Assembly (NCBI GenBank): GCA_043228905.1
Contig: JBHGNT010000022.1
Span: 3,038,001-3,102,000, forward strand
DNA length: 64,000 bases
Direction of reading: 5' to 3'
Source of the DNA: Azolla caroliniana
Lineage: Eukaryota > Plantae > Polypodiophyta
Shown: piece by piece, positions 29,439 through 43,091 of the stretch
How the letters are laid out: every line of letters starts with the position of its first letter
How positions within the stretch are numbered: position 1 is the first letter of the stretch
Translations under genes and position numbers: made by a program
The notes under the pieces: model-generated
Database searches by the model: none
What the model was told of the DNA's origin: nothing
What the model saw: the letters and a program-made list of their open reading frames with translations, nothing else

Positions 29439-32400
29439 TATTGACATATTTTGGTAGTGATGTGTGTGAACACACTTAGGACAGTGATCACACTTAGGAC
29501 AATGATGTGTGTGAACACACTTAGGACTATAGGGGCATTGTTTCCCTCTTTAGGAGGTCTTTTCTCCCTGTCCATAAAAACTTTGATAACCCTAAAGTGG
29601 TGAAGTTTTTTGGGGATTCAAAATAAGAACCCAACAGTGGTATCGAAGCTACAAAGCGACATTTGAGCAGCAATGCAATGACTCTCATACATAGTCCGTT
29701 TGTGCCATCTATGGTGTCATTTTTTTGCTGTTGAAAAAACAAATTTCTGCGTGTTTTCTTCCTCTGTGCAGTTTCAGTTGTGTTTTTTTTTCTGCTTCCA
29801 AGTTGATTCAATCCTAGAAAAAGCCTCCTTGAGTCTTCCAAGACATTCCTATAACCCTTAGAAATCAAATTTGCTTCCCTTTTCTCTTTGCTTGTTCATC
29901 TTTGAAGTCAAAGAGGTACGTTATTCCCTTTTATTCATTCAACAGTCCATTTTTTACATCAAAACGTGTTCAGTCCACGGCCATGGCTGAGAGCAATGAT
30001 GTATTTCGGATGCTTGCTGTTGAGGATAAACTGGATGGAACAAATAACCCTCTCTGGTCTTATATGATGCGTCGTGTATTAGTAGCAAAGGGGTTGTGGA
30101 ATGTGGTTCAAGGGGCTGAAAAACGTCTTGTTGTTGAGAACACAAATGCTGATGATATTTATTCTGTCGAGGATGTTGATCATCTTGCTCATGCCCATGC
30201 TACAGTTTCTGTTGTACCAACTGCAGAGCAACTTCGTTGGGATGGCAGAGATGCTCAAGCACATGCTTTGATAGCTTTGTCTATGAAATGTGCCATCATT
30301 CCCCATATTCGCTCTTGCAAGACAACAAAGGATGCTTGGGATACTCTTACCACTTTGTACCAAGCAAGAAATGAGGCTTGTGTTGCTTATGTCTGAAAAC
30401 AATTGGAGAGCGAGCACATGAATGAAGGTGATTCTATGGACAATTTTCTTACAAAAATCAAAGATTTAAAGGAACAATTAATTTCTGATGATGAAATGAT
30501 ACTAGATAGTTCACTTGTGCAGACCGTTTTAAATGGTCTTCCTGATTCATATAAGAGTTTTGCTTCTACTCTTCGTTTAATGATGAAAGCTAATCCCAAT
30601 GCCTTATCATTCGAGGAGCTAGTCTCCGTTTTGTTACAGGAAGATCAGTGTAGGCAAAACAGGTCTATTATGCGTGTTGTAGATCGAGCTTTCCTAGCTG
30701 GTTAGAAGGGCAAAGGTAAATGGAACTCTTCTGCTAGCAAGCAGAGATTTGCTAATAATTCACAAGTGAATGAAAAAAAACAAGACCAAAAACAAAAACT
30801 GTTTTGTAAATATTGTAAAGGAATTGATCATATTATGAAGAACTATCCAAAATTGGCTGCAAAAGAGGCAAAGAAAAAGGAGGTAGTCTCGTTGTTGCAG
30901 AAGTCTCTGCACCAAAAACAGAGTCTGGAAACTTGTGCAGAATGAAGAATGGGCATTTACTATTGTTTGCAATTTTGACCCATCTTCACTTGAACAATGT
31001 ATACATTTGTTGTACAATAAGATGTTTGGTACTTCGATAGTGGGGCAACAAAACATATTACCTCGCAGTGCAATTTCTTCACTTCATTGGAGCATGCCCC
31101 TACAGGGAATATTGTGACATGCGCCAACAACTCATCTTATCCAGTTATGGGTGTTGGTAAGATCATTTTGACTACTATTGATGGTAGTCCTTTCATCTTG
31201 TCAAATGCTTTGTTTGTGCCAGGGATCAAGAAAAATCAGTTGTCAATTTTAACATTAGCCAAGATTGGCTCGGTTGTTAAATTTGTTGATGACAGGTGTA
31301 CAATTCATGATTTGTCCAATGGGGATGTTATTATTGCTTCTGGCATTTTATGTCATGGGATGTATAAGCTCGTAGATTATGAAAGATCTATAAACGATTC
31401 ACATTCTTAGGCCATTTTAGATGCAAAGATTTGGCATGCATGCTTTGGTCATCTGAATTTTGCAAGTTTGCTTTGCCTGCAGAAATCTGAAATGGTGTCC
31501 TCCTTGTCCAAACTTGAGGCACATCGGAAGCATGTTTGTGAAGGTTGTATTTGGGCAAAATGCAACGTTCATCCTTTCCAAAAGATGGTTTAGTTAGAGC
31601 TACGTAGAAATTGTAGCTTGTTCATAGGGATGTCTGTGGTCCTATGCAAACACATTCTCTTGGGAACTATCTTTACTTCGTGACTTTCATTGATGACTTT
31701 TCTAGGCATGCATGGGTATATCCATTGAAGGCAAAGTTCGAAGTGTTTCTTTGATTCAAACAATTTCTAGCTTTGGCTGAGAATTTGCCAGCATGTAAAA
31801 TGGGCACCCTCCGTTATGATCGAGGGGGGGAGTATATGTCTTTAGAGTTTAATGCATTTTTTGTTGAACGTGGGATAAAACATCAGTGTACAGTGTCGTA
31901 TACACCTCAACAAAATGGAGTTGCTGAAAGAAAGAACAAGTCACTCATGGAAATGGACAATTAAGTGTTGGCTCACTTGAGGCACCTTCTCAGCCTTTGG
32001 AAGCTACTCATAATGATGCAGATCATTCCATTTCTGATGTAGATCATTCTATTTCTGATGCACACTTACATGATGCACTTACTAATGAGAGGGCTGATAT
32101 AGAGTAGGCAAAGACTGTGCCTAAATGGCTATTGCAGACTTTGCAAGATAGCAAATTGGATTTTCCTTTGTCATACCATACTCGATCAGGTTATCATAGT
32201 GCTTCTTTTGCATCAGATTGTTATGCTATGGCTGCCTCTAGTCTTTGTGACAAGAATGAGCCTAATTCTTTTGATGAAGCACAAAATTCAGAAAATTGGA
32301 CGACTGCTATGCAATCAGAATATGATGCTATTATGAAGACTGGTACATGGTCTTTATGTGACTTGCCTCCTAGCAAGAAGGCTATTGGCACTAAGTGGGT

Positions 32401-34041
32401 ATATAAGGTAACGTGTAAACTTGATGGAACAATTGACAGGTATAAGGCTAGGCTTGTTGCGAAAGATTATGCCCAAGAAAAAGCCATTGATTTTGATGAG
32501 ACCTTTGCTCCCACTTGTCGTATGACTACTGTTCGTAGCATCTGTGCAATTGTAGCTCATCGTGGTTGGAATGTACATCAGTTGGACATTAAAACAACAT
32601 TTCTAAATGGTGATCTTCGTGAGGAAGTGTATGTATCCCATCCCTGTGGTTTTGTGAAGGGCATGAACACAAAGTGTGCAGGTTGAGAAAGGCATTATAT
32701 GGCTTGAAGCAAGCACCACGTTCTTGGTAGGAAAAGATACATGCCTATTTGATTGCATTTGGGTTTGAGAATAGTCCAACTGAAAGCACCTTATATGTTA
32801 AGCGTGTTGATGATGTATTTTTTATCATGGTTGTGTATGTCGATGATATGTTGCTCACTGGTCCCAATGAGAAGCATATTGCTGACTTTATGGCTGATTT
32901 GCATGCCTCTTTTGAGATGTCAGATTTGGGGCATTTGCATCATTATTTGGGCATTCAATTCATGCAAGTTGATGGTGGAATAGCTTTGTGTCAATCGAAA
33001 TACATTGACACATTATTACAACGTTTTGGCCTTGAAGACTGTAAACCTATTGCCACTCCCATGGAGACAGGTTTACGTTTGAGCCTTCATGATGCTAGAG
33101 ATGCATTTGATGTTGTTCTTTATCAGCAGGCACTTGGATGCTTGATTTACTTATGCATAACTCGACTTGACATTCAGTTTGTTGTCTCTCAGATGAGCAG
33201 GTTTATGCATTGCCTAGGAGTTAAGCATTGGTAGGCAGTTAAGCGCATCTTTCGCTACTTGAGTGGTACCCGATCACTTGGGTTGTTTTATCCCAAGGGG
33301 GGATCACTACCGCCAGACCTGCATGCTTTTTCTGACTCTGATTGGGCTGGTTGTTATGACACCCGTGTGTCCACAAGTGGTTTTTGCTTCATGCTTGGTA
33401 GCTCATGCATATCTTGGTTGAGCAAGAAACAACTTATTGTGGCCACTTCTAGTTCTGAGGTTGAGTATAGGGCAACTTTCACAACTACAATTGAGTGTTT
33501 GTGGCTCAGACGCCTTTTAGCTGATTTGGGTGTTGGTCAGTCTTCTGCCACCACCATCTTCACTGACAGTCTAAGCGCAAGGGCAGTTGCGAGGAACCCT
33601 GTGTTCCATGCTCGCATTAAGCACATTGAGGTCCATTATCACTATGTCAAGGAAAGGTTCTCCGCTTGAGAGATCAGTTTGGCTTATGTGCCGACGCAAG
33701 AGAACATTGCAGACCTCTTCATAAAGGCTCTACCTAGGGAGAAGTTTGAAGCTTTCCGCAAAGCTTTAGGCCTAATCCCATTTGTGGATTCATCTCTATC
33801 CACATACCTTGGCACTTGTTTAACCGAGTGTCAGCTCCTTGTTCACCGCATCACTCCCAAGGGGGATTTATTGAGATATTTTGGTAGTGATGTGTGTGAA
33901 CACACTGTGTGAACACACTTAGGATAGTGATGTGTGTGAACACATTTAGGACTACAAGGGCATTTTTTCCCCTAGTCCATAAAACCTCTGATAACCCTAA
34001 AGTGGTGAAGTTTTTTGGGGATTCAAAATAAGAAACCAACA
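29439..34041 (+). mobile_element. Degenerate Ty1/Copia LTR retrotransposon with TA...CA termini
   Basis: LTRs at 29439-29636 and 33869-34041. TSD CATCC at 29434-29438 and 34042-34046. PBS-like tggtatcgaagc at ~29638-29649 and PPT aaggggga at ~33859-33866. Broken gag, protease (WYFDSG), integrase (DRGGEY..NGVAERKN), RT (YVDD) and RNase H (DSDWAG, KHIEVHYH). Confidence 0.95.
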
Positions 34042-34725
34042 CATCCTTAATGGCAACATTTCAGACTCTATAAATATGCTAACCAAATGTATGCATGCAT
34101 TTGGGTACTAACTATGACCATAACTTTTGACATGATTTCCCCATCAGATGTAATGTGAGGTAACCAATCACATTCTTCTCTATCTGTTCCATAAAACTTT
34201 TAACAAACTTTGATACGTGTGTTATGTATGTAGGATATGCTTACATCAGAAAAGTTAGCCAGTTAAATTAAGGATCAAAGAAGATAGTTTAGTAGCACCT
34301 TTGAAGAATCATAAAAATTAGCTTCAAACTTTTTGTAATTCACTTGAGTTCCTAAAATGCGAAAAATTTAAAATAGCAATACTAATTTTCAAAAGATTTA
34401 CAAAGAGATTTGTACATTATCCAGTTATCACTGTCATTGCCACTAATCACAAGGAGATTCTCTGAAACAAGCATTAATCACACCCCCTTGCCATATACAT
34501 TGCAAATCATTCATATCTTTTTTAATATATAAAAAGTGTATTTAATATTCATCCGTTTTAAATACATACAAACAGTAAGCTTACCAATGTGGAACAATCC
34601 ACATCAAGATGACTGTCAAATATTCTTATTAGACATTCTGTCTAGTATTTTTCATTTGGGTTCTACTTCAGACACATACACATGTATATATATAGATATG
34701 CTGCTAAGAGTCAAATCCACCCAAT

Positions 34726-37700
34726 TTATCTCCCCTGCACAAAGAACATATAAAGGCTGTCAAATACCCCCTCAAAGAACATCAACAATTCAAATACGTA
34801 GACTCTTTCCATGAATGTACAAACTCACTAAGTGTTTTTTCAGGCTCTCAACTAAACCCTTTGGTTCCTGTTTAGTACTTGTGTAGGCATCCACGGTGTT
34901 AAAAGCCTGGCATTAGAAAGTAAACAAACATCATACCTCCATTCCGACAATTCACTATGAATAACATTAACAATACACCACAAACTTACCTCAAACCATT
35001 TTGAGAGTTTCGGTCTGCCTTCAAAGATATTATAATCAAGAAGATCAAGGGATAATAAGTCGAATCTTTCAATAAAAGGTGCATATGCAAGGTCAACCTG
35101 TTATAAAAAGCATACACATTGAAACTAGTTATACCTCGATTCTTCAATAACAATGAATTTGACGTCTTTAAATGTCAATTAAAAGGCATATATACCGCGC
35201 TAATTTCTCCGAGGAAGTATGGGCCTTCGTCAAACTTGCCAAGGGCATCTTCCAGTTTATCTAACAGGGGGCCTACCACATTTTGTTGCAAAATACATCA
35301 GTATAATGAAATTTCAGTCTACCATAACAAACCATGAGAACGCTAGTCACAGATCTGAATCAGCTAAATTTACAGTATTTTGAGATGGAATTATACTTCC
35401 TGAATTTTGAAAACTTAAGGGTATAAGGGAATTTTGAAAAATATAGGTGCTTAGTGTCCTTGTTGGTAAATTACCCACAGAACAAATATTCACATACCAA
35501 GATTTTCCTCAGCATAAGCTTTATCAGCCTCTTTATTCCTCAAGGTTTTGAAAAACTCCCCATTGAATTTATCTGAGAAAGTCCATAGCTCTTTTCTTGC
35601 TTCCTCCTTTGCAGTTCCCTGTAGAAAACAATTGAACACGGAGCAAAGATTTTCATCATACATGTGAGAAAGGGACATACCCGATAAACTAATCAACTTC
35701 CAAAATGCAAATGCAAAATGCCAAATACAAAAATATCCCGAGCTTGTTGGATATTCAACAGAATATCCTTACATTTTTAAACATTACCAAAATACCCCAA
35801 TTAATAACTACTCTTGTATTACATGAAGGTATTCTGGTAAATGCCCAAAATGTCTTGGGAACTCTGATGTTTAGACATTTTCTAATCATAAAATATACCT
35901 CTGGGAAAAGGCGAGGTTCTCCAAAATTTTGATCGATATATTCAAGCAAATCCAGACTTTCTCCCGTAACTTTACCATTGTGTTCGAGTGATGGAACCTA
36001 GAATGGTACCAAGTTAAGTATACAACAATTATATTTAGTGAGTTACTGATCTCAGCATAATATGGTTTAGAATGCATTTATTCAAATCTTTGCGTATACC
36101 TTGCCAACAGGGTAAACCTTTTCGAGGTACCATTTCGGTTTGTCAGAAAGATTGATTCCAAGAAGTTCGATTTGATTTAAACCCTACAAGGAACAAGAAG
36201 AGGAAAAATCATATTATCAATAATCGCAACATCCTTTAATGTTGCCATGATGCTTTTCGCACATGATGTGCCCTTTGGACCAATCCATATCTATATTTGG
36301 TACAGGTGTGCTTAACAAGGAAAAATAAGGCTAAAGGGTAACTTGGGGTAAGTTTAGCTGGAGCTGGGTATATATGTGTGAAAAGGTTAATTTAGACTTC
36401 GCTAAAAGAGATGGTGGGAAAAAAGCGGTAGGTTAATATTAAAGGGTCATGTATTGAATGGAAGGGGGGTTAAGGGTAACCTTATTTGGGGCATAATTAT
36501 TAGGGTTGTTCGGATAAAGTCACATGGTATAAACCACCTCACTATCAGAGGAAACCTATAAGGTGTGAAGGACATCTTTAATGTCTTTCTCGACCCTATA
36601 ATCAAGGGATCTAGTTAATTTGTGTCTACTTAATTCTAAACTCTTTTTCAACACTATAATCAAGAGATCTAGTTAATCAATGTTGAGTTAATTTCTTCCT
36701 AATTGGTCTATCTACATTATAATCAGCATTTAATCTCTTTAATATACATGTTCAATGCTCTATCTCAATCTAATCCCACAATCATCATTTTCTTTGTCCC
36801 TTTATCTTCACCCAGTCTAGAACCCAATTGGTTCCCCCAGCCCACATGTATCTTGATTAATTTCATGGTAGCATTTTCTTACCGAAATCAAAACGAATAT
36901 TTGAGTTTCTTATCATATTCTAAACATTCTTGGAGCTATTACAAACATTTGAAGAAAGCTACCTTTCAAAAAAAACATTGATGATAGACAAACAAATAGA
37001 TCATTTTGTTGAGTTATCAAGCTCAAACAACACTCATTGGGGCATGGGCATGTGAGTGTCCACCTTCCTAATAAATATATCAATGATACTCTATGTAATG
37101 AATGTAGCGGATATGTCATATGAGATCCCACTCATGTTCATGATTGATATATAGTATGCATTATTATTAAGCTAGTCATCTGTGCAACGTACGCATACCA
37201 TTTTCCATATAAACTAGGCACCAATCATGTATTTAGCGTTATTAAGGCTTTGATTATTAGTTGAGCTATATAGTTGATTAGTTGCTTATCAGTGTAAAAT
37301 TCTCCCCCATTTTGCTAATACCTTGTCTTTGGTAACATTGAGTATCGCCCTCCCTCACACCCACACGCACACAATCAAACTTATTTCCACTGCATATATA
37401 TTTGATCCTGGATAGAATTATACGTTAATTCTTTACACATTCAATACCTAGCGAAATCCTACACTTACGATAAAGAGGATCTCTTGGAAGTTATTAAACC
37501 AAGGATTATATTTACCTTAAAGTTTCTAGCAATCCAAGTTCTTTGAGCATAGGGGCAAGTCACACTAATGTATAGCCTGCATTAAATACTCTTCACAATG
37601 AGAAGAGTGAAAAAACTTGACATAACATATTGATTTATTTGTCTACCTTGTTGTCCCATCAAATAGATTAGGTGGACTCGAGGAAGAGTCATACACAGTT

Positions 37701-39245
37701 ATTGCTGGCTGAAATCTGCAAAGAAGATTGAAGATCAAAATAATGATCATCCACTTCTTGAGTCCACAAACAATTGATTAAGAAAGCCATTATATACTGT
37801 GGTCACACAGATGTTCATGCAACAAGACATTACATAAAATGTCAACTTCCCCAAATCTTTTATATCCCATAATTGAGCAAAGCATAGCCTTTTCATTTGA
37901 GGTATATGATGAGTACATAGGCAGGTTCATGAAAGCCATGACAATGTTGCCCTTGAAATATACATCTCATACTTGTATACATGACGAAATCACTGGATTC
38001 TCCAATCTTAGACCAATTGTTCCTCGATTACTTCAACTACATCAACAAATCCATCTTTCTTTGATGGAATATCCCCTTCTATCAATTTTATTGCAACTTA
38101 TATACTATTGAGTTGTCCAAATATGGTATACATAAATGTTGATCACATAGCTATTTAAATGGTGAATATGTTTTGTACTTATACAAAAATCACCATTGTT
38201 CATTTCCATTGATTGTTAGCTATTGTCTATATTTCTCTAGTAGCAGCTAGATCACAGAGGAGAGATGCTTTGTATTTCTCCATGGACATGACAAAGACCT
38301 TGTGTTTCTCCGGCATGCAGTGTGAGAATAAGGTATTCTAAGGTCCAGGGTGCATAAAAGCTTCATTCCCTTAAATCAAAGTTGAGAACCTTTTGATGAT
38401 TGAAAGTGTTGTCTTAAATCTCTTCTTCTCTTGAAGACTCTTATCTTAATATTTTCTTTAATCTCAAGTAGTGATCATATTAAGTTATGAGATTTCGATT
38501 CTTGACTCCATTGGGATTTATTGTGTGAGTGAATCCCCCCTCAATTGGCGTCATTGTTACTGGCTCAGGGAGGAGAGAGGATTAATGAAGGTCCCCCTTC
38601 CTTCCAAGAGTGGTGGTTTCCCCTTAGCATCACCACTCAAGAAGCTTCCCATAGCACTTCATGTTTGTCAAAGAGTATGAAACACAGATAACATTGCCAG
38701 GGATAGCACCTATTGGAAGTTAAAGATTTGTATTTGATAGAGTGCAGCTAGAGCCCATCATAGAGACAACTGTAATAGGTATGCATCAGACCCGTCATAT
38801 TGTTCTGATTCAAACCCTAGGACCCGTCATAATCCTTTAAACTGCTTTCTTTGCTTAACTCTTCCATCCTTTTCTCTTTGTTACTACATTTCCTTCAAAT
38901 GGTTTTTTCCTTCCTGAAATCTTTCTTTGCTCTAATTTCCTTCAAACAGAACATCCTGCTTCAAAACGGTCTTTTGTTTTCTTCCGCCTACTCACTCACA
39001 CACTAAGACAAAGAAAACAAGCAGAGAACCAGCATTCCCAGCTTCATCGCACGCCCTTCTTCTTCTTTTTCTCTCTTTTCTCATCCATCCTTTTCACTTC
39101 CCTTCTGATGAAAGCCACGGCCCTTTTGGGAAGGCCATACGAGACGCCCAAAACACACGGTTCTCTCCTTCAAAGAGGGGAGGGAAAGCAGGAGCACAGA
39201 AACAATCAAACACTGACACAGAGACAGAGATTGAGAGAGAGAGAG

Positions 39246-39286
<41 letters not shown>

Positions 39287-39302
39287 CATACAGTGAAGCC
39301 AT
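34726..39302 (-). CDS. GSTL: Lambda-class glutathione transferase (In2-1-like), 10 exons, 238 aa
   Basis: Exons 39302-39292, 37715-37647, 37576-37516, 36183-36100, 35997-35899, 35618-35498, 35272-35196, 35097-34990, 34906-34829 and 34734-34726 give 717 nt in frame. Translation includes PPNLFDGTTRLYISVTCPYAQRTWI (active-site CPYA), KVPSLEHNGKVTGESLDL, GPYFLG and VDLAYAPFIERF. The first and last micro-exons are less certain. Confidence 0.92.
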
Positions 39303-41592
39303 GGTAATTTGGTGTGAAGATCGGGGGGTCTGATTGATTCTTGGTCGACGCTGGAAGAGCCAGAAGAGGATTCAGAATCAGAATCAGAGAGCAGAGAGGA
39401 GGAGGAGGAGTGGAGGAGAGGGAGGGAGGGGAGATACTCTGTATCTGGTCATACATTTGAAGGGGGGTCTGTATGTGGTCATGTTCTTGACCAGATACAT
39501 TCCCACTCATTCAAAGGCCCTTAAAAACCCTAAACCCAAACCAAGTGGATGAAGAAGAGTGACCCAATTGATGGACCAGACTCCAGAGTATTCGGCTCGA
39601 GCCGCCCATCTCTTTTTGTCTCTGTCTCTGTCTCTTTGTCTCTCCTCCTTGTAAATTCCCAGCTCATGCAACTCACGTTGCGTCGGCCGGAACATTGTCG
39701 ACGAGACTTGAGTATGGATGCACCCATCACATGGCTTTTGCACTGTGCGAACCGCCCGCTACGGAAGAAGAGGTCTCGTGCGTGCCCGGAGATCTTTCGA
39801 AGGCCCCTCTTGAGTACCTTCGAGCGAGCTTCGGAGACGTAGATTGTGTGAGAACCACGGCCCACAGGATTTGGTGGGTTGCAGAGACGGACGACGTCGA
39901 TGTGGCTCTTCCTTTGCAGGTTCCGACTACCATGAAAACATGAGTGAATGTTTGGGCTGCCATCGTTCTTTGCTCGATCATGGCTCGTAATCAATCTAAT
40001 GTCCACAAAGTTGTATAGGAAGGAAATTTGGCCTATCTAAAATATATTTTTGAGTGGAAGATCCAAACAACGAGTAAAGGCTACTAAAGGTTAATAAAAA
40101 GCTTGCCCAAACATGAAAGATACAATCGGGGATGTAGGAATAGATCAAACATTTTCTCGTCCACGATTCAACATCGCATTCTCTAATCCTTGGAGCGGCT
40201 TACATAGAAAGAAGCTATATGGGGAAGAAAGTGTATTTGTATGGTTTAGCCTATCGAGCATCAAATGATAAATCTCAAAGGGGCATGTTCTATGGATTGA
40301 TGAAATAATGGTCTATAAAAGCTGCTAATTTAATTGATCAACTAACATCAAATCACAAGGTATTAATGCTATTGTTGGTAGAGGATTTTGGAGATGGTGG
40401 CTTGTTAATTATGAGACTCACTTCAAAACTTCAATCTGAGAATACTTCTGTGGTTGAAGATCTCTTTCCGTTGATCATAATTGAGCGTCCATAATTCAAG
40501 GTTCATGATGTATGGTTGCACGTGAGCCTTTGTACTTTGCTTAAAATCAATCTACTTTGCCAATGACCTATACCATAAAACAAGGCTCCTTAGTTGCTCG
40601 TTGAAGTTTTGTAGAGTCCACAAACTAAAAAACCAAAGGTTCATGACACATGGTTGCACATGATTGGACTAAATATACTCATTGAGGCATTTGATATTAA
40701 GTGTAATTACTTGTTGCATGACTTGGAAAGCCCACTTCATAGATAGCTTGTATAATCCACATTGTATATGTGCTCATCTTCAATCAAATTGGTATCCTTA
40801 GAGCTTGAAGCTCATGAGTAATGGTCATCACACCTTTCTTGTTTTCCTCCTTTTCAATATCCCACTTTCTTCATCTACTCCTTTCCTTGTTCAAGCAAGA
40901 AGAACTCCAACAAACAACCAAGATGGAGTAGAACAAGTGTACCCCACTAGCCCTAACATAACCCAAGTAAGAAGAGAAGAAGAAGAAGAAAGAGAAGTGG
41001 CCCACTATCCACTCTCACTCCACAAACAAGAAACCCTAAAACTTAAGAAAAGAAAGGAAAAGACTAAGAAGCAAATGCGTCACAAAACCCTCAAACCCAA
41101 ACACATGTGCCAAGATTCAAACTGACACCTTCTCCCACACAATCATTGAAGGTTTGAGCAGGAGAAGATGGGACGAGGTGAAGGTTCGAAGTGAATAATC
41201 AAGGAGGAGAAAGTTCCAACTTTCATTCGGTGGTCAGGATGACGATCTAAAAAGTATGGCACAAATCTCACAACAAATTCTTCATGATGACAATGTGAGT
41301 TTCTTGATATTATGATTTCACGACTCATTTTTTTTGCCAAATTTGCTCCAAATAATATAAATTTTGCGCTTTGAGCTCAAAATTTTGAGTCGAAAAGTCC
41401 GGTGCATTCCTCGTTCAATCATGATTAGTATTAGATAGAACCTTTACAAGAAATAATTGAATATAGATATCAAAATTACAAATTACATTAAAGTTCATGA
41501 ATTGAATAGATACAAGTGAGATTACAAACGAGATTATCTCAACTTCGTTAAATATAGTGGCTTGAAAGAGAGAGAGATAATGAAAATAGAGA

Positions 41593-42290
41593 TGTAGGAT
41601 TTGCAAGTAGAGGTTCAGCGGGTTATCCTTGAGTTTTTTGTACCATACTAGCGAGACGACCTAGTTGCCTCTTGTAAAGAGTTGGTGATGATTTTGTGCA
41701 GCGGAAGAACTGTGTGTGTGTGTGTGTGTGTAGAGAGAGAGAGAGAACTCAAGAGTTACCGAAAAGTAGTAAGGTTGTATTAACAAGGAGCAAGAACGAG
41801 CCAACAATTTAAAGAGAAGGAGGAGGTGCTTATGTAGTCACCTTCTCTCTAGGTTCTCTCACTAGAGTCGCCTCTTGGGAAAGAGGTCGATTCTTAACCA
41901 CTTAAAGGATGTGTCATAGAAGTTAATATTCTATGACACACTAGTTGTTATACAAAGAGGTGGGGTGGTCACACACTTGAGTATCCTAGAGTGTGTCCCC
42001 ACACACGGGAAGTTGAGTTTGATTCTCAACACTCCCCTTCAAACACAACTTCCGGTCGTCGGATGGTTGGTTCGGACTGGTCTTCGGGATGGCTTTGAGT
42101 CGATTTCGGCTTCAACTTTGAATGGTCGGTTCACTCCTACTGCTCCTTACTCCCCCCCCTCAAGCTCGGCCGGTCGACAATCGAAAGACCCAGGATTGTC
42201 GTGAACTGTCGTAGCTTGTCGACTCCCATGGCCTTGGTGAAGATGTTAGTCGTCTGTAGGTTCATGTTGATGTGTTGCAAGTCGACACCC
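41593..42290 (-). mobile_element. Copia 3' remnant (RNase H end, PPT, LTR)
   Basis: The minus strand reads VDLQHINMNLQTTNIFTKAMGVDKLRQF. PPT-like tracts lie at ~42151-42164 and ~42031-42040, followed by an LTR-like segment ending caaca at ~42031. The left boundary is uncertain. Confidence 0.65.
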
Positions 42291-42452
42291 CTATGGGTAT
42301 TTCGTTCCTATCTATAGGCTCATACAGGTCTCTCACTATCAGAAGATCCTCCAACTTGATCTTCCAGTCTGAGTAGTTATTGTTGGGATTACGGTCCCTC
42401 CGGATGGGATGTCCGGAGATGAATGACGGCAAGCCCGGTTGCGGTTACGGAA

Positions 42453-42630
42453 CCGGATGATGAAGAGTACCCGGCACGAAGCCGGATGAAGAGTACCCGG
42501 ATGCGGATCCGGATGATGAAGAGTACCCGGCATGAAGCCGGATGAAGAGTACCCGGATACGGATCCGGATGATGAAGACCCCGGCTACGGAGCCGGATGA
42601 CGAATGTACCCGGAGAGAGATCCGGATGCA
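42453..42630. repeat. CCGG-rich ~28-bp tandem array (57-bp higher-order unit) in LTR U3; also at ~47248-47425
   Basis: ccggatgatgaagagtacccgg-type units repeat about 6 times. Confidence 0.9.
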
Positions 42631-43091
42631 GGGACATATTTGTGAATATGTTTGCTAAGAGCCCTTGAGGCTATATTTGTAAATAGCCCGAAAGTCATAT
42701 ATGTATAAATATGACTTAGGGCAAACAGTTTTATGTTGTTGCTCAATTTTTCATGAGAAGTGAGAGCAGCCGAGAGTGAGAGAGAGAGAGAGACGAAGAG
42801 GTCGTTGCCTCTGTGTATTACCGCCGCCTGTGGCGAAGACATGAGCTCAAGGTTGTTGCCTTGAAGCTTCACCATTGTACATCTCTGTTCATAGTGATAG
42901 TTGGAGTTTGAGAACTCCCGTGGTTTTTCCCAGTTAGGGTTTTCCACGTAAAACATCCAGTGTACCTTTCTCTCTCTATTGTTTTGTGCATTTCCTATTT
43001 CCTGGTTTTTCTGTGAGTTGATCCCATTTCTCGGTTGTGGCCGAGCACTGTCGTCTAACAAATTGGTATCAGAGCGACGGTAACACAGAAA

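Noticed and set aside
40785-40805. PBS-like ttggtatccttagagc
   Set aside because: It is interrupted, and no paired LTR or gag could be defined.
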